DNA from: Squalus acanthias
Taxonomy: Eukaryota
DNA length: 64,000 nucleotides
Direction of reading: 5' to 3'
Assembly (NCBI GenBank): GCA_030390025.1
Contig: CM059432.1
Span: 72,914,001-72,978,000, forward strand
Part shown: positions 10,684 to 24,371 of the stretch, piece by piece
How positions within the stretch are numbered: position 1 is the first letter of the stretch
Layout: the number at the start of each line of letters is the position of its first letter
Notes under the pieces: generated by a model
The model's input: the letters and a program-made list of their open reading frames with translations, nothing else
What the model was told of the DNA's origin: nothing
Database searches by the model: none
Made by a program: the position numbers and the translations under genes

Positions 10684-13600
10684 CATAGAATCATAGAAAG
10701 TTTCAGCACGGAAGGAGGCCATTTCGGCCCATCATGTCTGCGCCGGCCAACAAAGAGCTATCCAGTCTAATCCCACTTCCCAACTCTTGGTCCGTAGCCC
10801 TGCAGGTTAGAGCATCCCAAGTGCACATCCAAGTACTTTTTAAATGTGGTTAGGGTTCCTGCCTCTACCACCCTTTCAGGCAGTGAGTTCCAGACCCCCA
10901 CAACCCTCTGGGTGCATAGAAGCATAGAAGATGGGAGCAGGAGTAGGCCATTTGGCCCCTCGAGCCTGCTCCGCCATTTAATGAGATCATGGCTGATCAT
11001 CCAAATTCAGTACCCTGTCCCTGCTTTCTCCCCATATCCCTTGATCCCTTTAGCCTTAAGAAATATATCTATCTCCTTCTTGAATATATTTAATGAATTG
11101 GCCTCAACTGCCTTCTGTGGTAGAGAATTCCACAGGTTCACCACTCTCTGGGTGAAGAAATTCCTCCTCATCTCAGTCCTAAATGGCTTACCCCTTATCC
11201 TTAGACTGTGACCTCTGGTTCTGGACTCCCGCGCCATCGGGAACATCCTTCCTGCATCTAGTCTGTCTAGTCCTGTTAGAATTTTATAAGTTTCAATGAG
11301 ATCCCCTCTCATTCTTCGAAACTCTAGCGAATATAAGCCTAATCGACCCAATCTCTCTTCATACGTCATTCCTGCCACCCCAGATATCAGTCTGGTAAAT
11401 CTTCGCTGCACTCCCTCCATGGCAAGAACATCCTTCCTCAGATAAGGCGACCAAAACTGCACACAATACTCAAGGTGTGGTCTCACTAAGGCCTTGTACA
11501 ACTGCAGCAAGACATCCTTGCTCCTGTACTTGAATCCTCTCGCTATGAAGGCCAACATACCATTTTCCTTCTTAACCGCCTGCTGCACCTGCATGCTTAC
11601 CTTCAGCGACTGGTGCACAAGGACTCCCAGATCTCGTTGCATTTCCCCTTTTCCCAATCTATTGCCATTCAGATAATAATCTGTCTTCCTGTTTTTGCCA
11701 CCAAAGTGGATAACCTCGCATTTATCCACATTATACTGCATCTGCCATGCATCTGCCCAATCACCCAACCTATCCATATCATACTGGAGTTTCTCTGCAT
11801 CCTCCTCACAGCACACACGCCCACCCAGCTTTGTGTCATCTGCAAACTTAGAGATATTACATCTAGTTCCCTCGTCTAGATCATTAATATATATTGTGAA
11901 TAGCTGGGGTCCTAGCACCGATCCCTGTGGTACCCCACTAGTCACTGCCTGCCACTCGGAAAAAGACCCGTTTATTCCAACTCTTTGCTTCCTGTCTGCC
12001 AACCAGTTCTCTATCCAAATCAGTACCTTACCCCCAATCCCATGTGCTTTAACTTTGCACGCTAATCTCTTATGCAGGACCTTATCGAAAACCTTCTGAA
12101 AGTCCAAATACACCACATCCACTGTTTCTCCCTTATCTATTCTACCAGTTACATCCTCAAAAAATTCCAGTAGATTAGTCAGGCATGATTTACCTTTTGT
12201 AAATCCATGTTGACTTTGTCCGATCCTGTCACTGTTTTCCAAGAGCTCTGCTATTACATCTTTTATAATGGACTCTAGCATTTTCCCCACTACCGATGTC
12301 AGGCTATAATTCCCCGTTTTTTCTCTACCACCTTTTTTAAATAGTGGGGTTACATTAGCTACCCTCCAATCCATGGGAACTGTCCCAGAGTCTATAGAAT
12401 TTTGAAAGATGACCAGCAATGCATCTACTATTTCTAGGGCCACTTCCTTAAGTACCCTAGGATTTGATTATCAGGCCCTGGGGATTTATCGGCCTTCAAT
12501 CCCATCAATTTCCCTAACACCATTTCCCTACAAATACTGATTTCATTCAATTCCTCCCTCTCATTAGACCCTATGTTCCCCAACATCTCTTTATTTGTGT
12601 CCTCCTTTGTGAAGACAGAACCAAAGTATGTATTTAATTGGTCAGCCATTTCTTTGTTCCCCATTATAAATTCCCCTGATTCTGACTGCAAGGGACCTAC
12701 GCTTGACTTCACCAATCTTTTTCTCTTCACATATCTATAGAAGCTTTTGCAGTCAGTTTTTATGTTCCCTGCAAGCTTACTCTCATACTCTATTTTCCCC
12801 CTCTTAATTAATCCCTTTGTCCTCCTTTGCTGAATCCTAAACTGCTCCCAATCCTCAGGTTTGCTGCATTTTCTGGCCAGTTTATATGTCCTCTCCTTGG
12901 ATCTTGTGCTATCCCTAATTTCCCTTGTTAGCCACGGTTGGGTCACCTTTTTTGTTTTATTTTTATGCCAAACAGGGATGAACAAATTCTGTAGTTCATC
13001 TATGCGATCTTTAAATGTTTGCCATTGCCTATCCACCGTCAGCCCTTTAAGTAATGCTCCCCAATCCATCCTAGCCAACTCGCGCCTCATACCATCGTAG
13101 TTTCCTTTATTTAAATTCAGGACCCTAGTCTCTGAGTCAACTACTTCACTCTCCATCTTAATGAAGAATTCTATCATATTATGATCGCTCCTCCCCAAAG
13201 GGCCTTGCACAACAAGATTGCTAATTAATCCTTTCTCATTACATAATACCCAGTCTAAGATGGCCTGATCTCTAGTTGGTTCCTCGACATATTGGTCCAG
13301 GAAACCATCCCGTATACACTCTAGGAATTCCTCCTCCACAGTATTGTTACTAATTTGGTTAGCCCAATCTATATGTAGATTAAAGTCACCCATGATAACT
13401 GCTGTGCCCTTATTGCACACATCTCTAATTTCCCGTTTAATGCCATCCCCGACCTCAGCATTACTGTTTGGGGGTCTGTATACAACTCCCACTAACGTTT
13501 TCTGCCCCTTGGTATTTCTCAGCTCTACCCATACAGATTCCACATCATCAGAGCTAATATCCTTCCTTACTATTGTGTTAATCTCTTTAACCAGCAATGC

Positions 13601-16600
13601 TACCCCACCTCCTTTTCCTTTTTGTCTGTGCTTCCTGAATATTGAATACCCCTGGATGTTGAATTCCCAGCCTTGGTCACCTTGGAGCCATGTCTCCGTA
13701 ATCCCAATTATATCATATCCGAAGAAATTTCCCCTCAAATCCCTTCTAAACCTTCCACCAATTACTTTAAATCTGTGCCCCCTGGTTTTTGACCCCTCTG
13801 CTAAGGGAAATAGGTCCTTGCTATTCACTTTATCTATGCCCCTCATAATTTTATACACCTCAATAAGCTCTCCCCTCAGCCTCCTCTGTTCCAAGGAAAA
13901 CAGACCCAGCCTATCCAGTCTTTCCTCATAGCTAAGATTCTCTACTCCCGGCAACATCCTTGTAAATCTCCTCTGTACCTTCTCTAGTGCAATCACATCT
14001 TTCCTGTAATGCGGTGACCAGAACTGCATGCAGTAGTCTAGCTGAGGCCTAACTAGTGTTTTATACAGTTGAAGCATAACCCTCGTGCTCTTGTATTCTA
14101 TGCCACGGCTAATAAAGGCAAGCATTCCGTATGCCTTCTTAACCACCTTATGTACCTGGCCTGCTACCTTCAGGGATCTGTGGACATGCACTCCAAGGTC
14201 CCTTTGTTCCTCTACACTACTCAGTGTCCTACCATTTAATGTATATTCCCTTTCCTTGTTAGCCCTCCCCAAATGCATTACCTCACACTTCTCTAGATTG
14301 AATTCCATTTGCCACTGTTCTGCCCACCTGAGCAATTTATTGATATCTTCCTGCAATCTACAGCTTCCTTCTTCAGTATCAACCACACAGCCAATTTTAG
14401 TATCATCTGAAAACTTCTTAATCATACCCCCTATATTCAAGTCAAGATCATTGATATATACCACAAAAAGCAAGGGACCTAGTACTGAGCCCTGTGGAAC
14501 CCCACTGGAAACAGCCTTCCAGTCACAAAAACACCCATCAACCATTACCCTCTGCTTCCTGTCTCCGAGCCAGTTTTGAATCCAACTTGACACTTTGCCC
14601 TGGATCCCATGGGCTTTTAACTTCATGACCAGTCTGCCATGTGGAACCTTATCAAAACTCTTGCTAAAGTCCATATACACTACATCAAATACACTCCCCT
14701 CATCTACCCTCCTTGTTACCTCCTCAAAAAATTCAAATCAAGTTTGTCAGACACGACCTTCCCTTAACAAATCCGTGCTGACTATCCTTGATTAATCCGT
14801 GTCTTTCTAAATGTAGATTTATCCTGTCCTTCAGAATTCTTTCCAATAATTTTCCCACCACCGAGGTTAGGCTGACTGGCCTGTAATTACTCGGTCTATC
14901 CTTTTCTCCCTTTTTAAACAAGGTTACCACATTAGCAGTCCTCCAGTCCTCCGGCACCACACCTGAAGCCAGAGAGGATTTAAAAATGATGGTCAGGACC
15001 TCTGCTATTTCCTCTTTTGCTTCGGTTAACAGCCTGGGATACATTTCATCCGGGCCTGGGGATTTATCCACTTTTAAAGCTGCTAAACCCCTTACTACTT
15101 CCTCTCTCACTATGTTTATTTCATCTAATATTTCACACTCCTCCCTCCTGAAAGCAATGTCTGCTTCGCCCCTCTCCTTTGTGAAAACAGACGCAAAGTA
15201 TTCATTAAGAACCCTACCGATGTCTCCCGCCTCCACACACAGATTACCCTCATGATCTTTAATAGGCCCTACCCTTTCTTTAGTTATCCTGTTACTCTTA
15301 ATATATTTATAAAACATCTTTGGGTTTTCCTTGATTTTACTTGCCAAGAATTTTTCATGCTCTCTCTTTGCTTTCCTAATATGCTTTTTAATTGCACCCC
15401 TGCACTTTCTGTACTCCTCTAAAAATTCTGGAGTATTTAGCCCTCGGTATCTGTCATACGCCTCCCTTTTTTTCTTTATCCTACCCTGCATATCTCTAGA
15501 CATCCAGGGGGCTCTAGATTTGTTAGTCCCACCTTTTTTCTTTAAGGGCACATATTTGGTCTGAACCCTCCGGATCTCCTCCTTGAATACCTCCCACTGC
15601 TCTGACACTGATTTACCTTCAAGTAGCTGTTTCCAGTCCACTATAGCTAAATCCCCTCTGAGCTTAGCAAAATTTGCTTTTCCCCAATTTAGAATTTTTA
15701 TTCCTGGTCTATCCTTGTCCTTTTCCATAACTACCTTAAATCTATCAGAATTATGGTCACTAGCACCAAAATGCTCCCCCACTGATACGCCTTCTACCTG
15801 CCCAGCTTCATTCCCTAAAACTAAGTCCAGAACCGCCCCCTCCCTTGTTGGGCTTGCTACATACTGGCTAAAAAAGTTCTCCTGGATGCATTTTAGGAAT
15901 TCCGCACCTTCTATACCGTTCAGACTAATTTTATCCCAGTTAATATTGGGGTAGTTGAAATCCCCTACTATTACTGGCCTATAGTTTTTGCACTTCTCAG
16001 AAATGTGTCTACATATTTGTTCTTCTATCTCCCTTTCACTGTTTGGGGGTCTGTAGTACACTCCCAGCAGTGTGATCGCCCCTTTTTTGTTTTTCAATTC
16101 GACCCATATGGCCTCGTTTGATGATTCCTCCAACATATCATCCCTCCTCACAGCTGTAATAGTTTCTTTAATCAATACCGCGACCCCCCCCCCCTCCCTT
16201 TTTACCTCCCTCTCTATCCCATCTGAAAATCCTGTAACCAGGAATGTTGAGCTGCCATACCTGCCCCTCTTTCAGCCACGTCTCTGTAATAGCTATAATA
16301 TCATAGTCCCAAGTATCTACCTGTGCCCTCAGCTCATCTGTCTTGTTTGCTATACTCCTTACATTGAAGTATATACCATTTAGTACAGGCAAATCTCTTT
16401 GTTGACTACTATCTAGCCCTTGTTTCCTCTGTCCTTCCAATTTACTTTCTACGTTTTTGTTTTCCAATTCCAGTTTTTCTTCCCTCCCTATTGACTCTAT
16501 ACTTAGGTTCTCATCCCCCTACCAAGCTAGTTTAAATCCTTCCCAACAGCACTAGCAAACCCTCCCATGAGAATATTGGTCCCATTCCCGTTGAGGTGCA

Positions 16601-16975
16601 AACCGTCTGGCTTGTAGAGGCCCCACCTCCCCCAGAAACGGTTCTAATTCCTCAGGAATCTAAAGCCCTCCCTCCTACACCATCTCTCCAGCCACGCATT
16701 CATCTGCTCTATCTTCCTATTTCTGAACTCACTAGCACGTGGCACTGGTAGTAATCCGGAGATTACTACCTTTGAGGTCCTGCTTTTTAACCTCTTTCCT
16801 AGCTCCCTAAACTCTGCCTGCAAGACCTCTTCCTCTTCCTACCTATGTCGTTGGTACCGATATAGACCATGACCTCTGGCTGTTCACCCTCCCCCCTCAG
16901 AATGCCCTGCAGTCGTTCAGTGACATCCTTGATCATGGAACCAGGGAGGCAACATACCATCTTGGAGTCACGTCC
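10684..16975 (-). mobile_element. CR1 LINE copy B (3' part of ORF1 esterase, ORF2 with frameshifts, 3'UTR), interrupted by copy C
   Basis: ORF1 SGNH-like CCLPGS..VYIGTNDIG..DGLHLN (16530-16975); ORF2 pieces 16168-16467, 14733-16175 and 13721-14680; tail at 10684-10914; ggca duplicated at 10682-85 and 16977-80. Confidence 0.9.
10915..13720 (-). mobile_element. CR1 LINE copy C, 5'-truncated, nearly intact ORF2 (frameshift near 12440)
   Basis: GYDIIGITETW...EN and linker, then the 478-aa RT ORF 11007-12443 ([14 protein letters not shown]). Inserted in copy B at ctctgggtg|aagaaattt. Confidence 0.92.
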
Positions 16976-17780
16976 GGGCAGTAAGGTGACAGATGGAGTA
17001 TAATGTAAGGAAATGTGAGGTTATTCACTTTGGTAGGAAGAATAGAAAAACAGAATATTTTTTAAGTGGTGAGAAACTTTCACATGTTGGTGTTCAGAGA
17101 GATTTGGGTGTCCCCGTGCAAGAAACACAGAAAGCTAACATGCAGGTACAGCGAGCAATAAGGAAGGCAAATGGCATGTTGGCCTTTATTGCAAGGGGGT
17201 TGGAGTATAAGAGTAAGGAAGTCTTGCTACAATTGTACAGGGCCTTGGTGAGACCACACCTGGAGTACTGTGCACAGTTTTGGTCTCCTTATCTAAGGAA
17301 GGATATACTTGCCTTGGAGGCGGTGTAACGAAGGTTCACTAGATTGATTCCTGGGATGAGATTGTGCAGAATGGGCCTATACTCTCTGGAGTTTAGAAGA
17401 ATGAAAGGTGATCTCATTGAAACATACAAGATTCTGAAGGGGATTGACAGGGTAGAAGCTGAGAGGTTGTTTCCCCTGGCTGGACTGTCTAGAACTAGGG
17501 GGCATAGTCTCAGAATAAGGGGTAGGGCACTTAAGACCGAGATGAGGAGGAATTTCTTCACTCAGAGGGTTGTGAATTTTTGGAATTCTCTACCCCAGAG
17601 GGCTGTGAATGCTGAGTCTTTGAGTATATTCAAGGCTGAGATAGATAGATTTTTGGACTCTAGGGGAATCAAGGGATATGGAGATCGGGCAGGAAAGTGG
17701 AGTTTAGGTGATCTTATTGAATGGCGGAGCAGGCTCAAGGTTCCGTCTGGCCTACTCCTGCTCTTATTTCTTATGTTCTT

Positions 17781-18108
17781 AAGATATCTGCGCTCCTCTA
17801 ATTCTGCCCTCTTGAGCTTCCCTAATTATAATCGCTCAACCATTGGTGGCCGTGCCTTCTGTTGCCTAGGCCCTAAACTCTGGAATTCCCTGCCTAAACC
17901 TCTCTGCCTCACTACCTCTCCTTCCTCCTTTAAGACGCTCCTTCAAACCTACCTCTTTGACCAAGCTTTTGGTCACCTGCCCTAATTTCTCCTTATGTGG
18001 CTCGGTGTCAAATTTTTTGTCTTATAATGCTCCTGTGAAGCACCTTGTGATGTTTTACTACGTTAAAGGCGCTATATAAATACAAGTTGTTGTTGTTGTT
18101 GTTGTTGT
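17781..18108 (+). mobile_element. L2 LINE 3' end with (GTT)n tail
   Basis: GGRAF...LWNSLP...FKTLLQTYLFDQAF, then gcgctatataaatacaa(gtt)n. Confidence 0.85.
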
Positions 18109-18629
18109 AAAGGTGCTCTATAAATGCACATTGTTTTTGTTCTTAACTGTAAGCCCAATAAAGATCATTGGAAGTAGGGAAACTGCTTCCCACAAAGTCA
18201 GTGAATATATCCAAATATCTGCAGATTCCTACAGAAAAACAGATTTGTATTTAAAAATTCCTATATTAAGTAAACATAATACACAGTGGGGAATAGCCGA
18301 AGATCAGTTTGTCCTACTCCTGTGGAAGATCCCGGTAGCTCAGTTGTGACTTTGTTGTGCTGAGCCATCATTTTCAAGTCTTGAGGAAGATCCTCAAATC
18401 TTTTTCACTTGTGAATATTTTATTGTCTTTCACTTTACCATTTGTATTGCTCTACTTCCCAAACATGATTAACAAAAGTGATTTTTAAAAATTATTTTCA
18501 TTTATTAATTTTAACAGCATTATCCTCTCGCATCTGAGACCTTAGTTATGTTATACTGTGATGCTTTCTTTCTCTCCATCCTCATATAAATTTGAACCTC
18601 TCTATATTTCTCATTTGCTGGTTATATTA

Positions 18630-18643
18630 CCAGCAGGGGGCAG
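18630..18643 (+). promoter_or_regulatory. Candidate CTCF-binding motif
   Basis: ccagcagggggcag matches the CTCF core and lies in non-repetitive sequence. Confidence 0.35.
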
Positions 18644-20100
18644 TCAAACCTCATTCATTAAATAAAGATAATCGAAACCAATAAAGCACAATCAGGCTAA
18701 TATTAGATAATCAGCACCTTATCTTGTAAAATCTATTAGCAATACTCAAGGGAAAACACATGCCATTCTTTTTAATTAACAATTTGCCCACTGCGTGGTT
18801 TTGAGCTAATGGATTTGCCAAGCTTTATAACTTCATATACTAAACCTTCTGAGAACTCTTTTTTTCTAAAACACATACTAGCCAGAACTGAAGAATTAGG
18901 AAAATGTAGAATGGTATAAATACTCCTTCAATTACAGGATGCTCTGAATGAAGTTATTAAGGATAATTCAATGCATTTTAGCCTGTCTGCTCAGGGATAT
19001 GGCAATTCACTGCGGTGAAATGAGCATAGATAACAGATGGTTAGAAATGAATTGTAGATGTGTTTGTGGTCTCAACTTGGTTTGAGTCAAGTATGTACAA
19101 GTACAGGAAAACCACAAATAGGCACCAAATCAACAAGGTCCTTGCCCATATACATCTGTAATACATCCCAACCATCTGTTATTTTGATACAAGCACTTTT
19201 CCCTCCTTGTAATTGCACCAAAAAATTAAGAGGATGATATGTCAGGATTCATCTGAGCTCACAAGTAAGGAGGTTGTCAATAGCGAGCAGCAATGAAAAC
19301 CCAGACACACTAATAATAGACATCTGATGTTAAAGGTTCAAAATTAACAGGCAAAATATTTGCATTTGCTAATGTATAAACATGCAGTTTATAGGGTCAG
19401 AATTGTAAGAAAAAGATAAAGTATATTGCGTATATTCTAAAATTATAATTCATATGGCACTAGCAGTTATAACATTAAACTTCCATTAGAAAGAGATAAA
19501 ATCACATCGCAGTCCATTGACATTTGTTGTCAAGATATGTATGTTTTGGTTGGGTTGTTGGGAAACAGAGGGAACGCTGGCAAGATTTCCCTCTCGAAAT
19601 AGCTCATCCTCCAATGTGTCCAGCAAGTGGATTCAATTTCTGTAGAGATATCCATGAGCTCCACTGCTCTTCCTTCTTAAAAAGGAGCATAGCATGAATG
19701 TTGGAGGCTAACTAGTCTGGGGTGAAGAAGGGCAGGGAAAATGGAATCAAAATAAAATCTTTTAATAGAGTGAATTTCCACTTTATAACATGGTCTATGT
19801 GGTGAATTCCCAAATATAATTGCAGATTAAAATTACTCCTCCTTGGACAAAGTAGACTGTCACTCCAACCATAGCTTGCATCACTTAGGAGAGATGAATC
19901 CCCTCACACTATGATCAACTATACAGTCCTAGCACATATGTAATAAGACCATTTAAAAAAAATTCAGGAGTCAAATTACAACCATAAACTTCAATGGTTG
20001 CAGTTTTCTGATAAGTTTACAGTGAGGTGTCATTATAATTATTTCCATTACTGCAAGTATTAAATCCTACTATTGATATAATTTGATTGGTTGTGTATTT

Positions 20101-20225
20101 ATCATAGAATCATACAGCACAGAAGGAGGCCAGTTGGCCCATCGTGCCTGTGCCAGCTCTTTGAAAGAGCCATCCAATTAGTCCCACTCCCCCACTCTTT
20201 CCCCATAGTCCTGAAAATGTTTCCT
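20101..20225 (-). mobile_element. CR1 3' tail fragment
   Basis: (atcataga)n tail; similar to 10684-10800. Confidence 0.7.
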
Positions 20226-21927
20226 TAGACTTTTCTCACATTTCTGCCTTTGGGGGCCCCCACCATTGCCACCTACATTCACACTCATTGATTCAACTGG
20301 AAAGGGTGGGGCGGTTCAGATTTGAGACATGTTCATATTTACTTGCAATGCCACTCGGAAGAGCCAACAAGATGTATGCTTCTGTTGTGTAGGACGATCT
20401 TCTCTACCCCATGACCCTTCCAAGATAGTGCACTGAACAGCCCAGCTGAGAACTGAAAAAACTTGCTCCATCAAGCCAAGCAATTTAATTGTCATTTAAG
20501 GCTGGGATTCAAACACCACACCCTTAGAATCAGGAGTCCTCCACTAACCAATGCCCTCCACGAGAGCTGCTGGACCACCTGGCATTTGTATTAAATTGAA
20601 CCTAATGGAGCATTATCCTCTGTCAGCAATAATGATAACAGTTGCTCCACAGTGTTCGCTCAGCATCAAAACAGCTGTTGTTTTCTAAATAGAAGCCAGC
20701 AGGTGTCAGTAATACAAACATTTTGTTGTATAGATTCTTTTTAAATGAAAAGTAAGATATACCAGGATTAAAATGTTACCTAAATTTAGACTTCTTTTCT
20801 ATTTTGGGATGGGTTTTTTTAGGTCAGTATTGGGCATCCCCTTTATAAATTCCAATCATTGAACTGAAAAATATCTTTTGGGAAGAAAAAGCTCTCGTTC
20901 TTAATATAGCAACTATCAAATTTAATAAGAAAGGTCATTACAATTGGTGTAAATCGGTGTGAATAAGGCCAGCATTTTCCTGAATTAAGTTGTTATTCAG
21001 TAAAGACTGTTGAGTAAAACATTTTTATTGCTGGCAATGTTGAGGAACTCAGTGATCATTATAGACTTTGACCTCACTGAATATATATGCCAGAGCAGAC
21101 TAACACATGTCTTATGAAGCTTCCTTTTCTGGCTTAACTAGCTTCTTTTGCAACTAACGTAATTGTATTTATCCACATTTGATAGGTATAGAATCTTTTG
21201 AATCTAACTTAGCCTTTAGACCATAGTTTTTTAAACTGAGAGTCCCATATTCTAAAGTGTCCAAGAGGGGTTCTATGGAATTGCCTAGATGATCAGATTT
21301 CTATCTATAGACAACAGATTTTTTTGTGTTTTCCTCTGTTTGATGACTTATCAGCATGTTATTTCTGTTGCTGTATATATACTAATAAGAATTGTTTCCT
21401 GTAACGATAACACTGGCTTCCTTTGGGTTGCTGTCACTGTCTTTCAGAAGTTAGAACAGGGGGACCCAGGAATGTGTCCATGTTTGCAGGAGTTGCCCCA
21501 CACAGACTGCTGGTAGATTCAGGGAAGCTTCTATCTCCCTGGGGTGACCATTTATTTATTTTGAACTCAAGCATTGTGATGCTGAAATAAACATTAATAT
21601 TTCACGAATGAAGACATCAGGATTACCTTTATTATTATAATGTTTACCCTAAACTACTAAAAAAATTGTATGAGAATGAAACACTTTAAATATGCTTGCT
21701 CTGTCATTCTATCCCCCTTCTTCCCTATGGCCTCTCCTATTTTTAATTTTAACTTTAGTTTTGCTCTTTTATTCTAATTCTAATTCTTTATTAACCAGTG
21801 TAACTGTCGCCCCTCCCCGCAATTAATTATGTTTATGATGTTTAACTTACCTCTGCTTCCACTGTACATTGTGGGAGTGAGGTCAGCCTCTTTTTTAAAA
21901 AAGGGGTTTCCTTGGCTGAAAGTCAAT

Positions 21928-22623
21928 GGGCTGGGTTTTGCAAGAAAAATAAAGACATGTTAACGACGCACGTCATTATTAATGCCCTAATTGGCTAGCA
22001 AGTTTAAGATAAAGAGATACGCCTTGAGTTGTGAATCTCCAGAACTTGCTGGTTCTTTTGCACCACTCCACCGTTTGCTTCACACAAATGGCATCTCGCA
22101 CATAGCCTCTGTGTTATTTTTAAGAACTTACCGTATTTGCACATTAATTGCTGATTAAAGTTGCTGTAGGGCTAGAACTTAACAGCATAAGTACCTATTT
22201 AATGACATGATATTTGTTAATGCAATGCCAATCAACCTCTAAGGCCCAGAAAGGGCAAAATTTAAATTGTTCAATCTCATTCCTGCATGTAGTAAATTGT
22301 TGTTAGAGATTTTAAAAATGTTAAATTTAAATTTTTTTGTCACTTTTCCTTTCTCTCTTTTTCTCTCTCTAGTTCTCTTTCTGTACCTGAGTTGACTCAA
22401 ATTCACCCACCTTTTCCATCGTTCCTCTGTTTTTTTTTCTCAATCCTTAAATCGCATTGGTTAAGGAGATACACTGTTGGTCCCGCCATTCGCTAGTGTC
22501 CCAGATACCCCATTGCCCCCGTTATAAGCTCACACTTCCAGCAGGTTACAGCACAAAAACATTTTGAGCTGAAGGAAGATGTTTAACTAATGGCGAGATG
22601 CCCCGCTCCAGCAAGATCCGCCC
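21928..22623. mobile_element. Harbinger-type MITE
   Basis: Imperfect TIRs gggctgggttttgc / gcaagatccgccc; perfect 3-bp TSD aat (21925-27 and 22624-26). Confidence 0.75.
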
Positions 22624-23797
22624 AATGTGTTTATTTAATTTCTTGACTCATTTTATTTCTCCTTCTTCTCTTCTAAAGGTGTTGATTCCTTATTGCTATA
22701 GTTCCACAAGTGCCCTGCGTTTGAGGCTTGAAAATGAGCTTTATTGATGTTCTGGTCCACTGGCCAAAACCGTGTAATGGTGCATTAAACTCATTAGCGA
22801 TATATAGGCCCACTGTTATACTTTCCAATTTGCAATTAGTTGACATAAAAGTTATTGACACTCTGGAAATAGTGCCATTTGTCTCAGGCAATCAAGCTGA
22901 GGTTAGTTAGTTTGCTAGGCAGGCAATAAACAAAATTTATTTAACCAAGTGATATATCAAGTCCTTTATAATACTGTATACAGAACAAAGCCATGGCTCC
23001 AGCTGAGAGCTTTCAATTATATAAAATGATTCTACAATTATAAACTGCTTGTGTGCACCAAATAATTAGAAAAATGAAAGATTGCTTGTCAGTCGATCTA
23101 TTGGTGTTTCCTGTGTAAGAGTTGATAACATGATAGAAGAGCTAGCATTATGTAGATGGTTAAGTTATTGCAGTAGTAAGGGTTAAATGGGATTAACTCT
23201 GTCTCCGTACATAGAAAGATACAGTACACAGCAGTTAGGAGTAGGATGGAGTGAAAATGGAATGTTAATTGTTGGACTAGCACCAGCCCGTCTTGAAATC
23301 AGGAGGGGAGTGTGAAAGGAAAGTAAGTCTCTCTGTAATAAATATGTAAGAGAGATAAGGAAGTGAAGGCCATCAAGGACAGACGCAGTCACTCATATGT
23401 GGGGAATGTCTGGAAAACAATAAACAGATAGTAATATTAATGAGCTTGTACGGGAAGGAGAAATGATCCATGCGTATGTGGGCGTAATGACGTTGTAGCC
23501 ATGAGTACTCATGTACTAATCGCACGCAGTAGAAACTCACTGACATATTAATCCCAAGCACTCACTTACGTGATTAACCATATAAACTGCAACCCGGTGC
23601 ACTTTAGGAACTCTACCTAGTTTTGCATAGGGCTACTGTGAGCAGTATTGAGGATGCAGCTTACGAACCCCCGATGAATTCTCTGCTCGTGAGTTTTATT
23701 GGTACCAATCTCATAAGCACTGCATGTAGTGGGTTGTATTAGGGTGTTTATAATAATGATTATTAATCAAATGTCTCTCTGTCTCTTGAGTCCACAT

Positions 23798-24290
23798 GTC
23801 TGGGAACACTTCAGCAGCCAGGGGCATTCAGCCTCGGATCTGCGGGTAAGCGTTCTCCAAGGCGGCCTTCGAGATACACGACAGCGCAAAATCATAGAGC
23901 AGAAACTGATAGCCAAGTTCCGCACTCATGAGGATGGCCTCAATCGCGATATCGGGTTCATGTCACGATACAGAACGTGACTTGACATCATGGCCGGTCT
24001 TCCCAGGTGTTTTTTTTTTTAAAAAGGCTAACACAAGAACACAAATTGACAGGATATGCAGCCAGCAGGTGGTTTGACACGTTGGACCCCCTGGGACACA
24101 TCTCATTGTCTTGGCTGTGCTCTTTGTTGCAGGGAATAATGTGAATAGATTTTGTCTGGGTTTAAATTGTGAATTCTGGGAGATTCTCTCATTGCTAACT
24201 TACCTGACGAAGGAGCGAACTGCTTCGAAAGCTTGTAAAATTAAATAAATCAGTTGGACTATAACCTGGTGTTGTGCGACTTCTCATTTC
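23798..24290 (+). mobile_element. Penelope-like element, 5'-truncated (GIY-YIG C-terminus, 3'UTR, pLTR)
   Basis: EHFSSQGHSASDLRVSVLQGGL...HEDGLNRD matches 26010-26187; terminal repeat with a hammerhead. Confidence 0.9.
24200..24238 (+). ncRNA. Minimal type I hammerhead ribozyme (PLE family 1 variant)
   Basis: ttac-CTGACGA-a-ggagc(gaact)gcttc-GAAA-gctt-gtaa. Confidence 0.85.
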
Positions 24291-24371
24291 TGTATAATAA
24301 GGCAAGGATAGTGAATATCCTAAACCCAACACTCTGGTCTTAAAAAGAATTGTCAAGGCTACTTCAATTGT

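Larger units (their letters stand above)
6820..17780 (+). mobile_element. CR1 LINE copy A (ORF2 to 3' tail), split by several insertions
   Basis: LEALYLNARSIHNKI..DELVAQ..IAITETW (6890-7190); ORFs 8128-9659; FADDTKLGG near 9770. Breaks at 10685 (ctaagtgaataggca) and resumes at 16976 (gggcagtaaggtg), then runs to the tail at ~17780. Confidence 0.85.
23099..24329 (+). mobile_element. Possible solo LTR interrupted by a PLE
   Basis: tattggtgtt...aacccaaca termini and a TATAAA at 23581; no TSD found. Confidence 0.3.

Noticed and set aside
13344..15954. Plus-strand ORFs of 77-195 aa
   Set aside because: Antisense shadows of CR1 ORF2.
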